The notes below the pieces were generated by a model. The model worked only from the letters and a program-made list of their open reading frames with translations, was not told where the DNA came from and made no database searches. A stretch of DNA of 64,000 nucleotides from NCBI GenBank assembly GCA_951406725.2, contig OX597814.1:203236001-203300000 (forward strand). The letters are read 5' to 3'. Positions 48,935-62,902 of the stretch are shown piece by piece; positions within the stretch are counted from its first letter, which is position 1, and each line of letters starts with the position of its first letter. The stretch is from Octopus vulgaris. Taxonomy: Eukaryota. The position numbers and the translations under genes are program-made.

Positions 48935-49551
48935 ACAATTGATAAACTTGTTGATATGACTTGTATATTCTCAAGCTCCTGCCAACGAATTTTGAGTGAG
49001 AAATTGCGAATCAAAAGAGTTGCAGCAAAATATGTGCCTTGCTTGCTCATGGAAGATCGAAAGTAGTCATGATTAAATGCATGTCATTAACTGAAAGAAC
49101 AGTTGGAAGTTGATCCAAATTATTTATCACTGGTGACAAACAATGGTGCTACGGCTACCACCTGGAAATGAAACAGCAATCAAGTCAGTGGAAGCATTCA
49201 ATGTCACCACACCCCCAAAAGGTGTGTCAAGTGAAGTCCAATATCAAAACAATGCTGATTTGTTTCATTGATGCAAAAGGATATGTCCACACAGAATTTG
49301 TTCCTTCTAGTCAAACTGTTAACCAGACATTTTACTCGACAGTTCTGAAGTGTTTGTGAGACGAAAATGCCTTGACCTTTGACAAAGTGGAGAGTGGTGC
49401 TTTCATCACAATGAGCCACCTGCATACACTGCCTTGAATGTGAGACAGTTTTTGCCCAGAATGGCATGACCCCCACTTATCCACCCTCCCTATTCACCCA
49501 TTCTTGCTCCTGCGACTTTCTTCTGTTCCCCTGAATGAAAAAGGTCCTTAA

Positions 49552-49766
49552 CCCTTTCGTTACCGTATTTATTTTGAGATGCTCTGTGTTTCTTTCAATT
49601 ACTTTAGATATAACAAAGAATTTAGTAAAATAACTTAGTTATCATTCAGCTACTGTTAGGAGCATAAATTGTGACTAAGGTTTGGTGGAAGATTTTAATT
49701 CAAAACTTATGAAAATAAGATATTTGTACTACAGAGCCAGTTTCAGCCGGGTTGGTAACGAAAGGG
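49552..49766. mobile_element. piggyBac-type MITE
   Basis: TTAA|CCCTTTCGTTACC ... GGTAACGAAAGGG|TTAA; older relative at about 39295-39480. Confidence 0.85.
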
Positions 49767-50538
49767 TTAAAGGAAAACATTTTGGGGACATAGAAGAGGT
49801 GATGAAAAAATGACGAAGGCATTAAATGGCCACACGTTACAAAGTTTTGAACAGTGGAAAATGTTTCTGCACCAATGCATTGCTTCAAATGGAGAATATT
49901 TTGAAGGCATTGAACGTGTAAACATGTAAAACTGAGTAAATCAAAATTAATATTGCAAAATTCTGGTTTCTTTTGGGTATCCCCTTGTATATGTATGCCA
50001 GCCTCCACTGGCCCCTGTGCCGGTGGCATGTAAAAAACACCCACTACATTCACGGAGTGGTTGGCGTTAGGAAGGTCATCATTCCAGGGATGACAAGTTC
50101 AGCCACTGAGTCGCAGAGAGTAAGGAACTCCATATCTAAGACTAATAACCATTTCATCCATAATCATTAGTTTCTCAAAATATATTTTGTTGGACCATCA
50201 AGTATGAATTAAACATTTATGGGATGAAAAAAGAAGCATGCAGTATAAGCAATAAAGTAATTGGCATTAGTAAGGACATCCAGTTGTAGATGCCAAAGCA
50301 GACACTTGGAGCATGTTACTGTTCTTGGACCCTTTGGAGTCTGTCAAACTATCCAACCCGTGTCAGCATGAAACATGGACATTAAATAATGATAATATAG
50401 TTATATAACAATAGTGAAATATATCAAGTACATTATTCATAGTGCAATCATTATCTGGAATGCAATTCAGTATACTGGGAAGAGTGGATTGATATATACA
50501 CTTATTACTTCAAAGTTGACTGTCTACTGGGCTCTTCA

Positions 50539-50579
<41 letters not shown>

Positions 50580-53324
50580 TTTACTTGTTTCAGTCATTTG
50601 ATAGCGGCCATGCTGGAGCACCGCCTTTAGTCGAGCAAATCGACCCCGGGACTTATTCTTTGTAAGCCCAGTACTTATTCTATCAGTCTCTTTTGCCGAA
50701 CCGCTAAGTGACGGGGACGTAAACACACCAGCATCGGTTGTCAAGAAATGCTAGAGGGACAAACACAGACACACATACATATATATACGACAGGCTTCTT
50801 TCAGTTTCCGTCTACCAAATCCATTCACAAGGCATTGGTCGGCCCGGTTCTATAGCAGAAGACACTTGCCCAAGATGCCACACAGTGAGACTGAACCCGG
50901 AACCATGTGGTTGGTTAGCAAGCTACTTACTACAAGCTTTAAGTTTCCATCTGAGCTTCCACTACTGGCAAGGATTGTAGAAGACACTGACTCAACTACC
51001 ATGCAGTGGGGTTGTTGAACCTGAAACCATGTGCTTGCAAAGTGCACTGGCCAGGTTGTGCCTAATCAAGTACAATGCTCACCTCTAAGTATGGACAATT
51101 AAATTCCGGCAAAAATATCTATTGTTCATAATATAAATTCACTGTTGTTGTATAAAATACACTGAAAAACGTCTTGTTATGTAAATGGAGCAAAAGGCAC
51201 ATTCAGAAGTGACCTTTGAACTTCACTTGGCCAGACCATAAAAGTGCACCTGTTCTAATGTGAAGAGTTTGGAAATCACACTATCAGATTTTGATAATGA
51301 CAGTGAATTCCAGTTTATATTTAATTTCACTGTTCAGTTTTTATAGTGATGTACTCAATTGTGTTATCAAAGAAGAACATATTTAAAATTTTTTTTCTAT
51401 ATTATTGAAGAGAGAAGCAGTCCCCATAACCCTTCACAGGGCCTTTCAGACTGGTGGAGTGAAGAAACATATCTTCTAACTGGAGACATGGCCTGAAGGT
51501 TTGCACTAGGGTCGGCTCCGAGTCAAGGCCATGGTGAGATTTGAAATCAGAATAAATGTTGCAAGGAATTTACTCACATTCTTTGAGTTCCACAAATACA
51601 ATATTTTGGATTACTACATTATTATTAACTCTAGAAAGGATGATGGGCAAAGTTGAAGTCGGAGCACAGAGAGCTGGAGGAAATACCATAAGCCATACAA
51701 TCCAGTTTGCTACTTATTTATTATTAACTCTTTTTGTAACAACTCACTTGAGACCACCCCTGGTTCTATAATACAAATTTCATTTTAAAATTGATCTACA
51801 GTGAAACCTTCAATCAAATTCTTTTGTGTTCTATGCTCCAGGTTAATAATGACTTATTTTATTGTTTGTCATTATTTTCAACATTACCATATATACTAAT
51901 GTATGTTGCAGCCCTAATTTAGTGTTAGTTCTTGGTACAAAATTTTTCTCTTCATTCTTTTAGCTTTGTCTCATGTATATAAGCTGCACCTCAGTTTTTA
52001 CACTTAAATCAAGCCTGAAACTTATACACGAATACATATGGTAACTGAATCAAAAGCAGTGTATTTCAAAACATTCTTCAGGTGTCAGGCATTCAGGATC
52101 TGGCTTTCCTTTTTTTTTTTTTTTATTCATTTAAAAAAAGTTTTCCTGAACCAGAATTTTAGGAAACTTAAGTGTAGCATTCAAGAAAGTATTTTAAACT
52201 ACTTCATCTAATGTCGTATAATTTCACAGGACCTGAATTATGTTGACACAGAACTCTCCCCCATTTAGTGGAGGACACATTTCCTTTTTTCTTCTCCTCC
52301 CCCCCTTGTTTTCCTGTTCATTTTTATTTTTGTTGCCTTCCAAGTTACTTGGCAACCTCACTAGTGCCAGTGGCATGAACAAAAAAATCACCCAGTACAC
52401 TTTGTTAACTGCTTGCTGTGAGGATGGTCGTCCAGCTGCAGAAAGCTTGCCAAAGTAGATATTGGAGCTCAACACAGCCCTACAGCTGGCCGGATCCTGT
52501 CAGACCATCCCAGTCCAAGCAGAAGGAAAATGGACATTAAATGATGATAATGATGAACATGTAGGTCATATCTATTTATAGTACAAATTATTGTTTAGAT
52601 AAAAATCAAACAAAATAATCGTTTCATTGTAATCATTGTCAATTTCATTTTCTGATTGCTTCTTATCAAGAACAATGAACTAACTTCTGTATTTAGTCAG
52701 ACAGTAATCAATACAATGTCTGATTTAGACAAACCATGCATGATGATTGTTATAATACTGTGTGAACCAACAACATAATAATTAAGGTCTTTAATGCAAA
52801 TGATCATCATTTAAACATCCATGTTCCAAGGCTTCCACACAGTTTCCATCTTCCAAATACACTCACAAGGCATTGTTTGATCCAGGGCTATAGTAGAAAA
52901 CACTTGGCCAAGGTGCCACACAGTGAGGTTGAACCCAAAGCCATGTGGTTGGAAGCAAGCTTCTTAACCACACCTGTGACAAATCACGGCCATATTGATC
53001 TTACTTATCCAAGAGTAATTAAGTTGACAGAATTTAAACAGAGGACAGTGAAAATATATTAAACCATTCAGATGACTTTCTGTAGCCTTGTCCAGAAACT
53101 TGAGATTTTCTACATTCTGAAACAGACTGACACATTTCTTCACGTTTGATATTGCTGTTTGCTACTTATGGGGGACATAAACAAACTAGCACTGGTTATC
53201 AAAGGATTGGGTGTGGTGGGGTTGAACACATATTTATATATATACAACAGGCTTCCACACAGTTTCCATCAACCAAATCCATTCATAAAACTTTGATCGA
53301 TTCAGGGCTATAGTAGAAGACAGC

Positions 53325-53898
53325 AGGTCTTTTGTTAGCCGCTCTCCAGCCATCTATTTAAAACTGTATACAGCTATGGTACGACCACACTTGGAATTCG
53401 CATCATCAATTTGGAACCCCTATCTTGCACAGAACATTGACCTCCTGGAATCTGTCCAGAGACGTGCAACCAAACGCATACCCTCCATCAGACACCTACC
53501 ATATTCTGAGCGCCTTGTTTCCCTGGGCATGGATTCACTGAAGCTCCGGCATTTGGCGACGGACTTGGTAAACACCCACAAAGTTATCAACCACCTCACC
53601 AACAACAACACTGAACACCTTTTTGATCTCCATGTGTCTAACACACGTGGACATGCCTACAAAGTCAGAAAACAATACAGCTCCCATGACTTTCGGAAAC
53701 ATTTTTTCACGCTCAGAGTTGCTGAAGCATGGAATAAACTGCCTGCGTCAGTTGTTGACTGCCATGACACTGCATCTTTTAAGGCCCTCATGCTTTCCGA
53801 AATCCGCCGAAACTTCACCTGATTATATATACACTTTAGATGAGTTGTAGTGCACCTGAGCACTGTACACAATTATTATTATTATTATTATTATTATT
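53325..53898 (+). mobile_element. CR1/L2-type LINE 3' fragment with (ATT)n tail, inserted into a SINE
   Basis: ORF 53376..53822: VRPHLEFASSIWNPY...LESVQRRATK...TRGH...FFTLRVAEAWNKLP. Confidence 0.9.
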
Positions 53899-56800
53899 TT
53901 TGACCAAGGTGCTGCACAGTAGGACTGAACCAAAAACCAAGTGGTTGCAAAGCAGGCTTCTTAACCACACAGCCATGTCTGCACCCATGTCCACGTTGTT
54001 AAAGGAAAACCTATAAACTTCAATATATTCTGATATCAAGTCTTCAAAGTTATAAAACTGAACCACCTTTGTTTGGCTACCTGAGTCATTTTATCAGTTA
54101 AAGTGTAACAGATGCGTTCAGCCTTGTTGGGTTATTTTTCCTTGGTGAAAATGTGAATTGTTTCAGGTAAGACAATAAACTGCATCCACTAGACCTGTGC
54201 CACACAGGTATAGCAGTGTGAAGACATGAACTGATGTCATGTGAACCAATTCCTCTGCTTCAAGGGTTAAGTACAGGAAAGTTAAAGTAGCAGAGTGGAT
54301 TGTAAATAACCAAGCCAATTGCAATTTCATAGACCTGTATACTTATGTAGATAGGTATATTGATTTGTTCATGTGTATGTATATGTGAGCGTTAGGGCAT
54401 ATCCATATTGATAAATATGTGAGTGTTTGTATATGATATATACACAGATATGCTAAGCTCAAACCTAATTTAGTGTCCTTATTAAAATAGCTTCATTCAA
54501 AAGAATCCTAAAATGATTAATTTTATTTACATGTAAGTATGTATTACAGCAGTGATGTGCAACCACATTTCTGCCATGGCTTGCAATATTTAAAAAAAAA
54601 CTTTTCATAGTCTATCCAATGCCAACAAGACGCTGACAAAAATCAATGTTTAGACATGGATTCAAACAACAATAATAGGAAACAAAGACAAAGCACCACT
54701 AGTCACATCTAAAAAGTAAAAATATCAAATGAAATAATACGATTGTGGAAAAACTTGTAATCAATATGCATCTAAACTTTTTTCTAAACATACATACAAG
54801 GGTCAGAGTAGCCCAATTCTAGGTTGCATGACCTGTATGTCTATATCAGTGTTTCAGAGAATAACAATAGGTTGAAATTCAATTATTTCATAGTTTTATA
54901 TGTTTGATAACGGTATTCAGTTTTCATTCCAATCCAGCACAGTATAGAGATGCAGGCATGTATGATTCAAGGGACAATGTGTTTGAAATAGCCATTGTTA
55001 AGATGCACCTGGACAAAGCACACTACTCTGATTGTCTGTCCAGCTGTTGGCCGGCCTCTCCTGGTGAAGAGGTTCAACAGCAGGAAGAGATTCCACTGCT
55101 AATACGACTGTCTTCAACAATAAGCATATTTATAACTATGGATGCTACCATGCCATCCTGGTAGCATCCTTATCACCATTGTTCTACACTTGTTGTCTAT
55201 ACTGATATAGGATGAAGAGATATTCAACATCCGACTCAGAGTCTACATTTTCCACTTGGCTCCTATACCTTCTCGACCTTCCTAACACTAACCACTTTAC
55301 AGAGTGTACTGGGCACTGCCCTCGTTCATTTTCTTTCAGTTTTATTCTCGCTCTATGGCTGGAGATTGGTCTACAATTAGAGTTTGTAGCAGCAGCTGGT
55401 CTTCCCTGAGTGTATCCTTGAATGGTTGGATGGTCTGATATTATCATTAGGAGGTTATCTCATGTTTTTTGAATAGGCTGGTACAACAGAGTGCTTTTGA
55501 AGGTGATATATTTGGAAGCTGACACTATCCACCAGTTCATGCATTAAAATCCTCTCTAACACTGAAATCTGGAACATGCCCCACTAGGATTTTCCATACA
55601 TACGTCATGTCTTTGATAAGGCAAAAGGGATGTCTCACCCACCCACCTAACAGAGCACACTGGGTGCATCTTATTGTGGCACCAGCCACAGGCATATAAA
55701 AATGGATATAAAAGAGAAAAGTGATAAGGTTCATCTAATGAGACAAATGATAAATTCCAAAAGAAGTAATTCAATGGGACAACTGTCCTGTTAAGCATAA
55801 ACATTGCAAATTATTAAAATGCATTTCAAACAAGAATATATAAGTGTAAATCAAAGCTTAATTAGGTTCCACGGTTCGATTAGAGATGAGTTTATTAACA
55901 AATAATAATAAATGTCAAAACTATCACATGTCTAGTATCATTTTCTTTCATTAGTTTCAGTTGTTCATCTGTGGCTTTACGGGGTTAGCGCCTTTGAGTA
56001 TATCAACCCTAGTACATTGTCCAGGGTTGATATAGTCTATTAATCTCAAGAACATGAAGGGTAAGTTGGCTAGAAAGAAAAGGGACAAGGCCAAATACCA
56101 TAAAGTGGTTGTGACACTCTACAACTAACTTTGCTATTCTCAGCCTTTGAATACAACTGATGGGTTTCCATGCAGTTTCCACCTACCAAATTTCACACTC
56201 AAGTCTTTGGTTATCAGAAGTTAAGAACACTTGGCCAAGGTATCTTGCAGTGGGACCCAAACACAGAAACACATCGTTGGGAAGCAAACATCTTAGGTGC
56301 ACAACCTTTGAATTAATACAGGTACACCATTGATTTTCCAGAACTTGTGGGTCCAGTAACTCCTGTCATCCGGATTAATTACGAAGGGAACTTGAACCTC
56401 TTGTGCTTGCCAATCTACTTCAGTGCATGACCATAAACGATGTTGTATGTACCATGCATTTACATACATTATTTACACTGAATCTGTTTGTGGCAATGCC
56501 AAAACTGGAAAACACTCTACTTACTGAGCTTAAATTGATCCTTAGCTATAGCTGCTACAGGTGAGAGAACCGAGAGCATCAGTGGTAGTGTCATCACCAT
56601 TCCATATTGATCCAAGATAAAGAAGAAGAGCCATTGCCAAAAAAATGGGCTGTGGTGTTTCTGTACATGGCATTAGTTCATCTTCTGGTTATGATACAAT
56701 GAAGCAAAAGAATAAAGTATTAAAGTGACTACAGATGGTCTGCAATTTACTGTACTTGAGACGACGCATCAAGTTAAGTGAAATCCTAGTCATGGCCGGT

Positions 56801-59628
56801 GCCGGTGATGTGAGTGGCACTTGTGCTGGTGACATATCAGAGATACCCAGCACAGTTGATGGAGTGGTTGGCATTATGAATGGCATCCAACCGTAGAAAC
56901 CAAGCCAAAACAGACAAGAGCCGTGTGCAGTTCTCTAGTCAAATCATCTTACCCAAGCTAGCATGGAAAATGGACACTAAATGATGATGATGATGCACAT
57001 GATGTCATCATCTTTTACATATGTTCACATGATTGTCTCTTTCACTCTCCCTCTTTATGTCTTAATTATTTCTCATTCTTTCTAGCTTTTCCATAGACAC
57101 CTTTGTCTACTTTCTCACTAATTTTCAGTCTTGAACACACACACACAATCTGATTGATGAATAATGATAAGCAGTAAACGAAAGAAAAGATAATGATACT
57201 ATTCCAACAGTACTCTACTTAGGTATTTTTTCAACTCACATTTTTAAACCAATGAATTAAAGCTGTGTGTTATTCATAGGAAACTAAATGTTACCCACTT
57301 TCTCACCCCACCCTCACAAACATGTGGTTATATCCAAGACAACCTGATCTGAAGTCGGTTATATTTAATTATTCAAGACGATGTGTTACAAAGAGTTTAA
57401 CCCATTGGCATTCAGATTACTCTGGCAATTGTAAGGCTTATTTATTCACATTGTTTTCAATTAAATCTATGATGAAATTACTCTCATCCAACCAAACTCC
57501 CTCTCACATTATTATTTATCTCTTTTAAATGTCAATAATCATGTAGTTCCTTTACAGAAAGAAATCTCTTCTGCTCTGGTCCTTTCTATCACACTTTAAT
57601 CACCCCACTTCCACATCAGGGTTTGTTGTTTTAGCATGCTACATGGCAACCTCAGTAGTGTTGGTGCCAAGAAAACAAACATACCCACTACACACTTGAA
57701 ATAATTGGCATTAGGATGGGCATCCGACTATAAAAACCATGCCAAAGCAGACACTGGAGCCCAATGTTGTCCTTGGGCCCATCAAATACTGTCTCCTCAG
57801 GCAAGTGCCTTCTTAACCACTTAACTATGCCTGTACCTACCTTAAAAGCAAAAGTATTTTTCTAAACCTTTTACTTTTAGAAAAAGGAATTAAGAAGAAC
57901 ATTTATTAACTTTCTCAATCTAATTATGTTAGTCATGAGGGATTGTACAACTCGAGTCAATCGCCTCCTCCTCCTCCTACTACTACTACTACTACTACTA
58001 CATAAGGTATTCGTATTTGAAAGCACCAGTTCTTTTTACCTCTTTTTCCATTGAGAAAAGAGATACATATTTATACATAAGACAGGCTTTTAATTTACAT
58101 TTACTAAAATTCACTTGTTAGCCGTGAGTCAACCTGAAGCTAAGATGGAAGACACTTGCCTGAGGAGCAGCATGGTAGAACTGAACCCTAAACCAAGTGG
58201 TTGTGAAGCGAACTTGTTGATTATGCATGTGATCCTTATTTAGAAAGCAAGCTTATGCTTTGGTTGGGTGTCGAGCATTTTCGCAAGAGTATTCAATCCT
58301 ATATGGGAGTGTTTAAGTCATGAAGGAGGAAGTGAGTAATACATTAATTTCAAGTTTAATTAGTCTCTACTTTTATTACACAATGGTAAAGGGTCAGGTG
58401 CAGTGGTAAGTATCCAAGTGTTTTTGATGAGCACTTCTGCAGAATGTGACTGTACTCAGTCGGCACTCTGAGTTTGGTGTTAATGTACTCTTTAAACTTC
58501 TGATTTTCCACCAAACTTCATACGAGTTCTGTTGATTCATTTCTGTATTTTAGTAAGATATTCTGAAAAGAGCAAAACCAACTGAATCATGTTGATCGTT
58601 TATTGAAATATTAATTTTAACAAAGCCATTGTGTGTTGGATTACTTTGTTTTATTCATCCTTCTCTCTCTCTCTCATGCTTCGTCTCCCTTCTCCTGACT
58701 ATCAGTTTTTTAATTGTTATATTGGATTGTGTTTTACATAAAGGTCATGCTTTGTTTGAGTAGTGTTACTCTGCAAATATTTAAGCTCAACATTAAATAT
58801 CAAACGAATAGGAGAGGGCTTAGGTCAAAATATGTATGACCTTCCTGCTATTCAAGAATGATTGATTGAGGGCAAAACTAGATAAATTTGACTTGATTAG
58901 GAAACATTGAAACAAAGTTTTTCATGTTCATTGCTGCTGAAAATGTTCTTGTGTGATTTAAAGCCAAAGGAAAGTTAGAAATTCTACAGGGTGGCCCTGA
59001 AGTCACACAACTATTTAAGAAATTCTAAACAATTTTGCTAATATATTCTTTCTTTTATTTCAGATATTAAAACATGAACCCTTGGGAATTTGTTATGGAG
59101 AAATATAGTACAGTCCAGTAGACTAAAATTGAGTAGGATTTTACTTTTGAAATGGACAGTCCATCATGCACATGCAAAGAGCTTCTTGCAGCGTTAACAG
59201 AGTAAGGAAGCTGCCCTCTAGCTCTGTAATTATTCATGTAATTCATCATTTCTAAAAACAAGTCTCTGTGGGTGACTTGCCATGAGTTGGGGGGGGGGGG
59301 GCAACATTCCATCCAATCCCTGAGAAACAGGAATTGCATTGAGCAAATAATTCACCAACATGCAACAGCATTCACTATATGTATATGTAGGTCTGTGTAT
59401 GTGTGTACATGTGCAACAGAATTCTGTAGAATTTTCTCATACTAAATTCTGTTCAAACAGTATTGGTCACTCTGTGGCTATGAAAGAAGATACCTGACGA
59501 AGGTGTTGCACAATGGAATTGAACTCAGAGCTAAGCGGTTACAAAGCAAACTTCTTAACTACACAACCCACAACTTTTGCTTTCTTTAAAAAAAATGTAA
59601 AATTAGATTTTCTGTCCTCATCATATTT

Positions 59629-59947
59629 CGTTTTGGGATTTGGTTTGCAAGATTCTTTATATGAGTTCGTGTGTTGAAGCATATCCTGTTGTGTCTGGGG
59701 AGAGTCATTTTCTTTTTGTGCCTTATAATATAACTGGTAAAATTTCCACTTATTTTTATTTTCCTAAAATTTTCATTGCGTCTTGCAACCTTTTCAATAG
59801 TCTTGACTATTGAAAAGATTGCAAGACGCAACAAAAATTTTAGGAAAATAAAAATAAGAAAATAAGTGAATAAGTGGAAATTTTACCAGTGAGTGTGTTA
59901 CATTATAAGGCACAAAAAGAAAATGACTCTCCCCAGACACAATAGAA
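59629..59947. mobile_element. PLE-type fold-back insertion with two U3-A8 hammerheads
   Basis: Inverted arms 59689-59802 and 59805-59942; direct repeat TGTCCTCATCATATTT at 59613-59628 and 59948-59963. Confidence 0.7.
59764..59800 (-). ncRNA. Minimal hammerhead motif, U3-A8 core variant
   Basis: CUA-UUGAAAA-G-GUUGC[AAGAC]GCAAU-GAAA[AU]UU-UAG; mirror copy on + at 59807-59843 with G12 changed to A. Confidence 0.55.
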
Positions 59948-60699
59948 TGTCCTCATCATATTTTAACAAAACTCTATATTGTGTTTAGTAAAATGGTAGA
60001 ACAGTAGAAACACAACTATCTTCCAGTAGTTAGTTCCATTCCTCAATATTCTTAGTTCAAATCCCTCAAGATCAGCCTTACTTTTAGTCTCTCTCTCTCT
60101 GGAGAGTTTTATAAAGTATAAAACCATTCATGTGCTAAAGTCAATACAATTCACTCGATTCCTGCTGTACAAATGCCTGGCTGTTTGCCAATGTAACCAA
60201 TCAATATATTCTGTTTAATAAAGCAAATTTATTGTTTCCTACTGAAGAACATAGTTAGTGAGGCAATATGAGACTAGTATAGACATACTGGAACAAACAC
60301 TGTAAATGAAGAAAAGTCAACTTGATTCCATCAAAAATTTCTACTAAACAGAATGGTAAAAGATTATTTTTTATTGAAGTTACTTTTACCTATTTCCAAG
60401 ATACCTCATATACACACACACACACACACACCTTTGTAGTTAATATTCTAGAGTTAGTTTATATTTATGTCACAGACTATAGTACAAAAAGAAAGGTTAT
60501 ATTTTTACCTTGTTTTTCTTAATTTCAAGCAGCTTAGTGACTTTCTCCCTACCCCCCCTCTCTCTCTCTTAGAATTTCTTTTGGATTTTGAAATAAATAC
60601 ATCTTATCATCATCACTTCTACCATTATCATTTCAACATTTAGTTTTCCATGCAAGTTTCAAATGGAATTTGTTGAGGAAGATTTTTTGTGGTCGCTGG

Positions 60700-60920
60700 T
60701 TCCAGTGCTGCCTGACTGGCTCCTGTGCCGGTGGCATATAAAAAACTCCATTTGAGCCTGGCCAATGCCAGTGCTGCCCGACTGGCACCCATGCTGGTGG
60801 CATGTAAAAAGCACCATTCGAGCATGACCAATGCTAGTGCCGCCTGACAAGCACCCGTGCCGGTGTCACACAAAAAGTATCATTCGAGCGTGACTGATGC
60901 GAGTGGCACGTAAAAAGCAC
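60700..60920 (+). repeat. Roughly 55-bp tandem repeat (about 4 units) inside an RTE-tail element
   Basis: Recurring gccagtgctgcc-gactggc-ccc-tgccggtggca-gtaaaaagcaccattcgagc unit. Confidence 0.75.
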
Positions 60921-62513
60921 CCACTACACTCTTGGAGTGGTTGGTGTTAGGAAGGGCATCCAGCTGTAGAAACCTTGCCAAATCAGATTGGAACCAGGTG
61001 CAACCTCCCAGCTTGCCAGTCCTCAGTCAAACCATCCGACCGATGCCGACATGGAAGGCAGACATTAACTGATGATGATGATTAGATCCATTCCTCTCAA
61101 GGTAATATGTCCTCTTGGTCAGGCATATTTTCATGGAAGATTAGAAACAAATGATTTGGCTTCCATACTGGTGATGCTCTCTTACAACTATCATGCAACG
61201 TCTAGTCATGAGTCACAAACACACATCCATATACGATTGGCTGCTTTCAGTTTCCATCTACAACTGAAAGATGCCTTGTGAATGAGGATATGTTTGTGTC
61301 TGTTCATCTTGACATATTCTGCAAAAACATGTCTGTCCATGGGGTAATATTACCATACTTGGAAGGTGGCAAGCTGGCAGAAACAGCACGCCGGGTGAAA
61401 TGCTTAGTAGTATTTCATCTGTATTTACATTCTGAGTTCAAATTCTGCTGAGGTCATCCTTTCAGGGTTGGTAAATTAAGTACCAGTTGCATACTGGGAT
61501 CAATCTAATCGACTGGCCCCCTCCCCCAAAGTTTCAGGCCTAGAGAAGAAGAGAATATTACCATACTTGGAAGCAGATGAAAGTTGGTGTCAACAAGGAT
61601 ATCTGGCTGTAGAAAATCTGCCTCAGTAAACTCCATCTGACCCATGCAAGCATGTGATGATGACATGTTTATGTGTCTGCACACACACATACACACCCAA
61701 TTGTATATATGTTTATGAATAGCTGGTTTCCTGAGTTGCAATTCCATTTCAACCCTTCCATTGCAAGCAAAGATTATCTTCGAAAAAAAAAAAAACGGTT
61801 TCATTTTCCATCTGGTATCTACTACTGGATGCCCTTCCTAACACTGACCACTGAGTACATCTTATTGTGGACCCAGCATTAGAGAAGCTGCCATGTTCTC
61901 AACAATGGTCCTGGATAGATGTATAGTACCACCACCACCACCACCAGTGGGGTTGTCATTTCTATTCCCATGATTTTATAATGTGTTCATTGACTCAATG
62001 TTTCATGACTGAGAAGGGAAAACATACAGTGATAATAAAAAAACTAGAATGAGTGGAATTAGGGAGCAGGAATGAGTAGAAACAGACTGATTGGGATGGA
62101 AGGATAGGAATGAGAATGTAATGGATAGTAATAGGGGTAAGAGTGAGCACTAAGTGACCAAGTGAGGGGGGAGAAGTATTGATGGGCTAATAGTAGAGTG
62201 TATGAGGTATGCAGGTTTGATGTGATCCCTTATACATGTGTCTTGGAATGTGTGAGAGAGCTAAGATGTTAAGGATAGCAGAAGGTGAGAGTTACATGTT
62301 GAAGAGATGAGAAGGTTTGACGGGTCCTCTAACATTTCTAGTTACACTGCAAGCATGGTACTGTGGGGAGGAGAGATCTACTACCTTCTTTAGTCACACA
62401 AACAACATAGTACAGAGAGTGATGGAGATGAGCAGTGGAAGGTGAGTGATTGGGGATGTTAGATGAAGAAGCAGAAGATGTAGGCTTGACAGTCTACATA
62501 CATATATGCATAC

Positions 62514-62902
62514 CAGGCACGTGCCATCAGTAATTACTCGGTAGGCAGTTTATGTAGTAAAACACGCATAAAAATAAGCAAAACACAGGTGTGCAACTGA
62601 GTTTGAGGCAGAATTACTTCTGCCTTTATAGCACGTAAAGAAAACGTTGTTGTTGGAATGTACGCATCATGTGTACTACAGCAGTACTATGCATAGTTTT
62701 ACTACTGAGACTGAATGGCAGGGGCAGATTATGCCTACCTAATCTACAAAAAAATAAAATATTTTGTATTTTATGCATAGTAACAAGAGTAACCTTCATA
62801 ATTTTGCTGAATAAGGTGCATATTCTGCCATAAAAGGAAAATGTAACTATCGATCTTATTTTATTCAGGGTAGGCAGTGCCTACCCAGGCGGCATGTCCC
62901 TG
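62514..62902. mobile_element. hAT-type MITE
   Basis: Imperfect TIRs caggcacgtgcc and ggcatgtccctg; perfect 8-bp TSD ATGCATAC at 62506-62513 and 62903-62910. Confidence 0.8.

Larger units (their letters stand above)
48092..49987 (+). mobile_element. Decayed mariner DNA transposon carrying nested SINE and MITE insertions
   Basis: TA-flanked termini tgagggggtacc and gggtatccccttg; transposase remnants EQCASMKFCLLLGKTAAET, FITGDKQWCYGY, EMKQQSSQWK, HPPYSP with stops. Confidence 0.88.

Noticed and set aside
54904-56690. Short ORFs and GC-richer patches suggesting another gene
   Set aside because: No consistent splice or phase chain and no recognisable protein
60700-60920. Regularly spaced repeats resembling a CRISPR array
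   Set aside because: Units are tandem with no unique spacers, inside a retroelement tail in eukaryotic DNA
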